In this document: one piece after another, positions 58,079 through 64,000 of the stretch | Numbering within the stretch: the first letter of the stretch is position 1 | How the letters are laid out: each line of letters opens with the position of its first letter | NCBI GenBank assembly: GCA_024679565.1 | Contig: JAIBDD010000006.1 | Span: 24,177 to 88,176 of the forward strand | DNA: 64,000 nt | Reading direction: 5' to 3' | Source of the DNA: Bacteroidota bacterium | Lineage (GTDB): Bacteria > Bacteroidota > Bacteroidia > NS11-12g > UBA9320 | Program-made: the position numbers and the translations under genes | The notes under the pieces: generated by a model | Database searches by the model: none | The model's input: only the letters and a program-made list of their open reading frames with translations | What the model was told of the DNA's origin: nothing

Positions 58079-58990
58079 ATGATTTTTACTGCAACCAACA
58101 TAGTCAAACAATACCCGCGTTCTAAATTTCAATTACAGGTTCCCAACATCACTTTGTCTGAAGGGGCTATAGTTGGCGTTGTTGGAGAAAACGGAAACGG
58201 AAAAACCACATTGCTCAATATTGTTGCTGGTGAGCTTGAAGCCAGTGGGTCACTTAACTACTTTGGAGAAGAAGTTAAGCAAGATACCGATTGGAGTGCA
58301 CTAAAATCGAAAATTGCGTTTATCCCACAACGGATTCCACGCTGGTATGGCAGCTTGATTCAAAATTTGAAATTAAAGGCAGCTTTAGACGGAATCCCAG
58401 CAGAAGAAAGCGATGCATACTTAGACGAGATATTATCGTTTTTGGGGTTGATGGATTACAAACACCTTAAATGGACCGAAATATCAACTGGATATAGACT
58501 TCGTTTTGAACTAGCACGAATGCTTATAGGTAAGCCAAATTTGCTGGTTCTGGATGAGCCATTGGCGAATTTAGATATCAATACACAGCAAAAATTCTTG
58601 AGTGACTTGAAGAATATTCTTCAGGACAAAAGCTATTCGACGGCGGTAATTTTGAGTAGTCAACAATTACACGAAATCGAAACGGTGAGTGATCATATGA
58701 TCTTTTTAAGAAAAGGAGAGTCGGTATTTAGTGGGGCAGTAAATGAATTAGAAGCAGATCACGATCAGTTCGTTTTTGAAGTACAAGTAGAAGCCGCAGA
58801 TAAAGCCAGATTGTTGACTTATTTACAAGCAAATAATCTGACCTACGGGGCAACTGGCGAATACTTGCAGGTATCAATTGATAAAACAGGAACCAGTAAC
58901 GATTTCCTTTCTGATTTGATTAAGGAAGGATTTACGGTCAAGTATTATCGTAACATCAGTAAATCAACCAAAAGATTATTTAATCAGTAG
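58079..58990 (+). CDS. ABC transporter ATP-binding protein with a degenerate signature motif
   Basis: 303 aa. Walker A GENGNGKTT and Walker B LLVLDEP are present. The signature is ISTGYRLRF instead of LSGGQ. There is a ~80-aa C-terminal extension. Confidence 0.8.
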   Translation: MIFTATNIVKQYPRSKFQLQVPNITLSEGAIVGVVGENGNGKTTLLNIVAGELEASGSLNYFGEEVKQDTDWSALKSKIAFIPQRIPRWYGSLIQNLKLKAALDGIPAEESDAYLDEILSFLGLMDYKHLKWTEISTGYRLRFELARMLIGKPNLLVLDEPLANLDINTQQKFLSDLKNILQDKSYSTAVILSSQQLHEIETVSDHMIFLRKGESVFSGAVNELEADHDQFVFEVQVEAADKARLLTYLQANNLTYGATGEYLQVSIDKTGTSNDFLSDLIKEGFTVKYYRNISKSTKRLFNQ

Positions 58991-58992
58991 GG

Positions 58993-60405
58993 ATGAAGGC
59001 ATATTTTAATAAAATCGATCATCACCTGTTGCAGAAGTATCCGAATCTTTGGGTGTTAGGTGTTCATATATACATTCCAATCATCCTTGCGCTGTATTTG
59101 GTTATTGGGATAGCGGGTTTATTATACCCTTTGAACCCATTACCTGAGTTTTATCGCTACCGCGATTTTTTCGAGAATACATCCGTTACAATGATTCTGC
59201 CAACGATATTGTTGGTTGTAATTTTTATCATTAGACAGGTTAAATTCAATTCGAAACGGGTACACTTAAGCTTGCCCTATAAACAGCAGTTTTTAGTTTT
59301 TCTCTATTTTATATTTCTTTTTCTTTCCATTACGACACTTCCATTTGTTGGGAACATTACGGCGTACATTAAAACGACCATTGTGCTCGATGAAGCACAG
59401 TTTTCGGAAGATGTGAAAATTATGCAGAAAGGGTTTGTTCATTTCTACTTAGAGAAATCTTATGTAGATGACCCTGAAGATTGTGTTGAGGCAGAAGCAA
59501 ATGGTTTTTATATAGATGATTATGGAGACCATCGCAGTTACAAACGATATGAGTTGAATGACACAAAGGATAGCCTCATCGTGTATCGTCATTTTGTGGA
59601 TTACAGTTACAATAACGACCTAGATACAATTTCGTTAGACCAAGCGTATCGCGAGATTGATTCGTTTATTGCTTTGTCGCATAAGTATCAAGGAGACGTA
59701 ACTAAGGTGGATCCGCTACAAATCGTAAATGCCAACTTGAAAACGGATCGGTTTTACACCAAATTTGAAAAGAATGTGCGACCGGCTTTCTCGTATTTAC
59801 AAGACTATGGCGCTTTTGATAACAACATAAACTTTCACAATAAGGTAATAAACAAAGGGTCGTTCTTTTTTCCGTTAGAATGGGATTTTTGGCGTGGATA
59901 TATGTTTGTAACACTGGTGCTTGCCATCCTACTTATTATACTATGCTCGGTGAATATTGCCGAATTCGGTTGGGGTATGTTGGTAGTGGCCTTGCATCCT
60001 ACGGTTTTTGGAATTGTTGCCGCACTTGTGGCATTCCTGTTTAGAGATGTAGATGGGGAAAATGCCTCAACATTAGGAATGTTTTTATTGTTGCTGTTTA
60101 CCGCAAATGCATACTTCTTTGCGTTTAACAAGCGCTTTAAACCGGCTTTACGTCGGGCCTTCGCCATTGCTTGCCACATATATACACCAGTTGTGGCGTG
60201 CTTGTTAATCGTACTATTTAAAGAGGCTTCAGATTGCTGTTATTTTGACGCGTCGTATCGTCAGAACTGTGATTGTTTCCTCCCTTTTACAAGAAATCAG
60301 TATAATCTAATGACGCTGTACACCTTACTTATTGGGGCACTGATCAGTACATACTTTTTTGGTCGGTATTACAAAAAGCAATACGTAAATCCCCAGATAA
60401 AATAG
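58993..60405 (+). CDS. polytopic membrane protein, paralog 1 (3 N-terminal TM, a ~200-aa soluble domain, ~5 C-terminal TM); family unknown
   Basis: 470 aa. N-terminus is MKAYFNKIDHHLLQKYPNLWVLGVHIYIPII. Clearly homologous along its whole length to the next gene. Confidence 0.6.
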   Translation: MKAYFNKIDHHLLQKYPNLWVLGVHIYIPIILALYLVIGIAGLLYPLNPLPEFYRYRDFFENTSVTMILPTILLVVIFIIRQVKFNSKRVHLSLPYKQQFLVFLYFIFLFLSITTLPFVGNITAYIKTTIVLDEAQFSEDVKIMQKGFVHFYLEKSYVDDPEDCVEAEANGFYIDDYGDHRSYKRYELNDTKDSLIVYRHFVDYSYNNDLDTISLDQAYREIDSFIALSHKYQGDVTKVDPLQIVNANLKTDRFYTKFEKNVRPAFSYLQDYGAFDNNINFHNKVINKGSFFFPLEWDFWRGYMFVTLVLAILLIILCSVNIAEFGWGMLVVALHPTVFGIVAALVAFLFRDVDGENASTLGMFLLLLFTANAYFFAFNKRFKPALRRAFAIACHIYTPVVACLLIVLFKEASDCCYFDASYRQNCDCFLPFTRNQYNLMTLYTLLIGALISTYFFGRYYKKQYVNPQIK

Positions 60406-60411
60406 TCTGAA

Positions 60412-61731
60412 TTGAAAAAGTATTACAATAAAATTGACACGTATTTGTTGGCTCGGCATCCCAATCTTTGGGTGCTTGGCATACACATTTTTATTCCAAT
60501 CATTGTCGTAACTTTCTTGGTTCTTGGGCTTATTGGTGCGGTATTGGTAAACGTTGCAACCGTTGCGTATTCCCTTGATGACAGCTTCGAACAATTGGGT
60601 TTGGCCATGGTGTTGCCGGTAATACTATTGCTGATATTGTTTATTATTCGGCAGGCGAAGTACAACGCGCTTCGGGTACACCATTTTCTTCCATTTAAAA
60701 GGCGGTTCGCATTTTTTCTGGCTTTCTGGATCACTTTTTTTGGCATAACCAGCCTTCCGTTTGCCACTTATTTTGGTAGCTATTTCGCTCCAGGCATCAA
60801 TCATAACCAAAAAGCGTACTACGAGGATAGGGCTTTACTAGAAAAGTATATGACCCACTTTTATCTAAAAAGCTGTTACCACGATGAATCACTCGATGAC
60901 AATTCGAATGACGATTACTTAAGTCGAATCGACAAGCCTTGTGATTACCGTTTAGATAATCGATGGGATACGTTGCATTTAAACGTAATGCGTTACAATT
61001 GGGAGTATGCTAAATATTATAACGGCAATCCCGATCGAATATCGTTACCTCAAGCACGTAAAGAAATTGCGACATTTATTTCTGTGGCAAAGCAGTACAA
61101 AGCTGAATTTAAAACGGAAGATGTTTCTGAAATTTTGGAAATGAATACCACTGGAAAGGGCATTGTTTGGGATAAATCAAGCAGTAACAACGTTGGGTTT
61201 TATACGCATATAGTTAACCTACCAGAATATGAAAAGTGTATATATTGGAGCAAATCTTACCACAGTCACCGGCAAGTATTCCGAATATTTAAATGGGAAT
61301 TCTGGCGCTACCTCTCGTTAGTAGGTTTTTCTATGGCCTTCCTCCTCATTATTTATTGTTCTACAAACAAAGGGGAGTTTGGCTGGTCGTTGCTGGTATG
61401 TGCGCTATTTCCAACAGTGTACGGAATAGTGGCGGGGCTACTTGCCCTATTCAACATATTAGATGGTGAAGTAGGTGCTCAGATTTTGCTCGCACTATTT
61501 GGAGGGGCAGTAGTTTATGTTGCGTTTATTGGGAATTTTAAACCAAAACTTAAAAGAATCTTTGGCATTAGTTTAAATATTATGCTGCCTATACTCGTTC
61601 CTATCATCATAAGTTTCGAAATGCTTGATGAGGATGAATTCTTTGTGTTTGCTTTTGTTATTGGATTGATAACTACTTATATATTTTCATTTTATTACAG
61701 ATATCAATATCTCCATCCAAAAACGAGCTGA
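60412..61731 (+). CDS. polytopic membrane protein, paralog 2 (tandem duplicate of the preceding gene)
   Basis: 439 aa. N-terminus is MKKYYNKIDTYLLARHPNLWVLGIHIFIPII. Shares blocks with paralog 1 (HFYLxxSY, ISLxQAxxEIxxFI, EFGWxxLVxALxPTVxGIVA). Confidence 0.6.
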   Translation: MKKYYNKIDTYLLARHPNLWVLGIHIFIPIIVVTFLVLGLIGAVLVNVATVAYSLDDSFEQLGLAMVLPVILLLILFIIRQAKYNALRVHHFLPFKRRFAFFLAFWITFFGITSLPFATYFGSYFAPGINHNQKAYYEDRALLEKYMTHFYLKSCYHDESLDDNSNDDYLSRIDKPCDYRLDNRWDTLHLNVMRYNWEYAKYYNGNPDRISLPQARKEIATFISVAKQYKAEFKTEDVSEILEMNTTGKGIVWDKSSSNNVGFYTHIVNLPEYEKCIYWSKSYHSHRQVFRIFKWEFWRYLSLVGFSMAFLLIIYCSTNKGEFGWSLLVCALFPTVYGIVAGLLALFNILDGEVGAQILLALFGGAVVYVAFIGNFKPKLKRIFGISLNIMLPILVPIIISFEMLDEDEFFVFAFVIGLITTYIFSFYYRYQYLHPKTS

Positions 61732-61739
61732 TAGCTTTT

Positions 61740-62321
61740 TTACGGTGTTACTTGCAGTTTAAGGCGCTTTTTCCATGCAATGTATCCAACGACACTGAAA
61801 ATCGTAAATCCAAACATCATTAGGGCTAAAACAGGCAGTGAGCGGGTATGGTAGAGCCAAATACTAAACACATTTACACCAATCCAGTAAATCCAGTGGT
61901 GGAGTACTTTTTTTGCCTCTAGGTAGGTCGCTACAAATGCAAATGATGTAGAACAGGCATCTGCCCAAGGTAGATTTGAGTCGGTATATGTTTTAAAAAA
62001 GAAACCCAACCCGAACCAAACCAAAAAGCCAATGACCAAAGCTTTGCCATGAAACACCAAGGACTTGGTTTGAATAGGCATTGGCGTTTTTTTGCTATTC
62101 GTGTGCCACTGTACCCAAGCATAAACCCCTAAAACAACGTACACCGAATACAGCAGCGTTTCGGAATACAGCTTGGCTTCAAAAAAGAGAACTACTGAAA
62201 TTAGAGAAGCGACGATGCCGAAAATCCAACACCAAATGTTTTCACGAATGAGCAGAAGTAAAAAGACCACATTAAGCCCCAATACAACCCACTCCAACAC
62301 CGACGTCATAGTTTCTGACAT
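61740..62321 (-). CDS. pnuC: nicotinamide riboside transporter PnuC
   Basis: The track ORF extends to 62396, but those extra codons are the translation of a terminator hairpin. The ATG at 62321 gives MSETMTSVLEWVVLGLNVVFLLL. PnuC W-rich motifs are present (ENIWCWIFGI, YAWVQW). Confidence 0.8.
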   Translation of the reverse strand: MSETMTSVLEWVVLGLNVVFLLLLIRENIWCWIFGIVASLISVVLFFEAKLYSETLLYSVYVVLGVYAWVQWHTNSKKTPMPIQTKSLVFHGKALVIGFLVWFGLGFFFKTYTDSNLPWADACSTSFAFVATYLEAKKVLHHWIYWIGVNVFSIWLYHTRSLPVLALMMFGFTIFSVVGYIAWKKRLKLQVTP

Positions 62322-62345
62322 TGTCGGCAAATGTAAATCATACCT

Positions 62346-62388
62346 AAAAAGAGAAAAATAAAAAAGGCAACAGTTGTTGCCTTTTATT
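62346..62388 (-). terminator. intrinsic-terminator-like hairpin in the pnuC leader (candidate attenuator or riboswitch expression platform)
   Basis: Minus strand reads AAAAGGCAAC-aact-GTTGCCTTTTTTATTTTTCTCTTTTT. That is a perfect 6-bp GC-containing stem extended by A:U pairs, followed by a long U-tract ending ~25 nt before the pnuC ATG. No upstream gene on this strand needs terminating. Confidence 0.6.
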
Positions 62389-62621
62389 GATAACATGCGA
62401 TTTGACCTATGTCAAAATTTTGTTTGATGGAATCACTCCACCAGCTTGATTAGTATCGTGTGTATTTCAAACGACATGCCACAAAATTAAATTTATAATG
62501 TCTTGTTAATGAGTTAGTTATATTGTGCTGTTGCTCAGTTTGATTTCATAATGAGTTTAGAAGTCCAATTTGTAGAAACATCAAAGGGGTTGATTACTTT
62601 TGTTTCGATAATTTCTATTTA

Positions 62622-63572
62622 ATGATTCTACCATTCGTAATTTTTATCATCAGCCTTGGCGTGCTCATAATTGCTGCAAAGTTTTTTACCGAGGCTGCAG
62701 AAAGAATTGGCTTGTCTTTAAAGATGTCGCCTTTTATGGTTGGTGTGGTCATAGTAGCCATTGGTACCTCGTTGCCTGAGTTAATTTCCGGAATTATTGC
62801 CTCTGTTACAGGTCATTCGGAGATAGTAATTGGTAATGTATTGGGGGCCAACATCTCTAATATATTCTTGATTTTAGGAATGGCTACAATTGTTGCCAAA
62901 AGGAGTATAAAACTGGGGAAAGAATATATTTTTATAGACCTACACTTTATGCTGGGTTCTGCTACTTTCTTGGTATTGTTTCTTTTGGATGGAGAAATTT
63001 CGCGCATAGAGGGTGCTTGTTTGGTCGTTGGTTTTATTGTGTATCAAGTGTACTTGATGAAGTCGGACAAACCAGATGAAATGCCTACGCTGAACGATCC
63101 TGAAACGGTTAAAAAAATGACCAAGGTGCAATGGAAAGATGTATTAATTCTGCTCGTTGCTGCTTTAGGGATATTTATTGGAGCGAAGTACGTAGTTCAA
63201 TCGATTCAGGATATAGCTTTGGCACTACACGTTGACAAAACGATCATCAGTTTAACAGTTTTATCATTAGGGACAACTCTACCAGAATTAGCGGTTACGA
63301 TATCGGCTGCGCGCCGCGGACAACCCGAAATAGCCGTAGGTAATATTTTGGGGTCTTGTATATTCAATTCGTTTATGGTAACAGGTGTGGCGTCGTTAAT
63401 TCGGCCAATTGAGATGCCTTTTGATTTGGCAAAAACATCTGTAATATTTTTAATCGTGGCTGCCGTTTTCTTTTATCTCTTAAGCCAAGATAAAAAAGTT
63501 TCGAAGTGGGAGGGCATGTTGTTTTTGCTTTTTTATGCGGTGTTTATTGCAAAGATTACGGGCATTGCGTAA
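62622..63572 (+). CDS. Ca2+/Na+ antiporter (CaCA family, YrbG-like)
   Basis: 316 aa with two alpha-repeat motifs (GTSLPELISG and GTTLPELAVT). About 10 TM. Confidence 0.85.
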   Translation: MILPFVIFIISLGVLIIAAKFFTEAAERIGLSLKMSPFMVGVVIVAIGTSLPELISGIIASVTGHSEIVIGNVLGANISNIFLILGMATIVAKRSIKLGKEYIFIDLHFMLGSATFLVLFLLDGEISRIEGACLVVGFIVYQVYLMKSDKPDEMPTLNDPETVKKMTKVQWKDVLILLVAALGIFIGAKYVVQSIQDIALALHVDKTIISLTVLSLGTTLPELAVTISAARRGQPEIAVGNILGSCIFNSFMVTGVASLIRPIEMPFDLAKTSVIFLIVAAVFFYLLSQDKKVSKWEGMLFLLFYAVFIAKITGIA

Positions 63573-63576
63573 TACA

Positions 63577-64000
63577 TGGAAGAGGAAGAATCACACCTAA
63601 CACCGGCTCAACTTATTTACGCCTATTCGAATGGATATTTCCCAATGGCTGACGATCCGGAAGATGGCGGGGAAATATTTTGGCATAGACCAAACCAACG
63701 TGGTGTTATACCGCTAGAATCATTCCATATCAGTAAAAACCTTAAAAGGCTTTGGCGCAATCATCCATACCAACTCAAGGTTAACACTGCGTTTAAGGAA
63801 GTGATGCTGGCCTGTGCGGAGCGTGATAGAACATGGATAAATGAGGAAATAATCCAGGCATACTGTAGACTTCAAGAAATGGGTTATGCAATCAGCTTTG
63901 AAGTGTGGGAAGGCAATAGATTGGTTGGTGGTTTGTATGGGGTGACGTTGGGCAAGGCTTATTTTGGCGAATCCATGTTTAGCCGTAAAACAAATACGAG
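63577..64000 (+). CDS. aat: leucyl/phenylalanyl-tRNA--protein transferase (5' part; runs off the window end)
   Basis: The ATG at 63577 gives MEEEESHLTPAQLIYAYSNGYFPMADDPEDGGEIFWHRPNQRGVIPL..., the canonical L/F-transferase N-terminal block. No stop before the window end. Confidence 0.8.

Noticed and set aside
62322-62396. Track start of pnuC at 62396 (MLSIKGNNCCLFYFSLF...).
   Set aside because: Those codons are the translation of the terminator hairpin and U-tract. The ATG at 62321 gives a canonical PnuC N-terminus.
1-64000. CRISPR arrays, rRNA or tRNA genes, and IS elements or integrases.
   Set aside because: No regularly spaced direct repeats with unique spacers were seen. No tRNA-like T-arm consensus turned up in the few non-coding gaps. 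No transposase, integrase or phage-like ORFs were seen. The window appears to be stable core chromosome.

Overview
This 64-kb window reads as a chromosomal segment of a Bacteroidota genome, probably class Flavobacteriia or a close relative. The evidence is ~38-40% GC, repeated TAnnTTTG -7 promoter motifs placed a few nt before start codons (short or absent leaders), a UpxY/NusG-like gene, and TonB/TonB-dependent-receptor content. Coding density is high. I found no rRNA, tRNA, CRISPR array or recognisable mobile element.

Housekeeping content: the division/cell-wall (dcw) cluster mraZ-rsmH-ftsL-ftsI-murE-mraY-murD on the minus strand with a textbook triple MraZ box; the iscS-iscU-iscA Fe-S assembly operon; leuS; the heptose-pathway genes gmhA and hldD; gpmI; mpl; and bcp, amn and a DsbA-family gene.

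More accessory content:
- A nine-gene minus-strand metal-uptake operon. Its order is ZnuA/TroA-type binding protein, ATPase, a permease fused to a complete DtxR/MntR-type regulator, a second permease, a TonB-dependent receptor, a lipoprotein, a PD40 beta-propeller protein, a group III truncated hemoglobin, and a cupin gene interrupted by an in-frame TGA.
- An orphan 1211-aa multi-domain sensor histidine kinase.
- A 1162-aa putative outer-membrane beta-barrel protein.
- A tyrosine/tryptophan catabolic block hmgA-hppD-kynA.
- A lone biotin carboxylase followed by an ABC ATPase with a degenerate signature motif and two tandem paralogous polytopic membrane proteins of no recognisable family.
- A two-gene cassette (flavin-reductase-like protein plus a small protein) preceded by an unusually long 515-bp ORF-free region.
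- A pnuC gene whose leader carries a perfect intrinsic-terminator hairpin (candidate attenuator or riboswitch).

The ORF track takes the longest ORF and reports GTG/TTG starts as M, so several track starts are over-extended. Where the sequence supports a better start I have said so.
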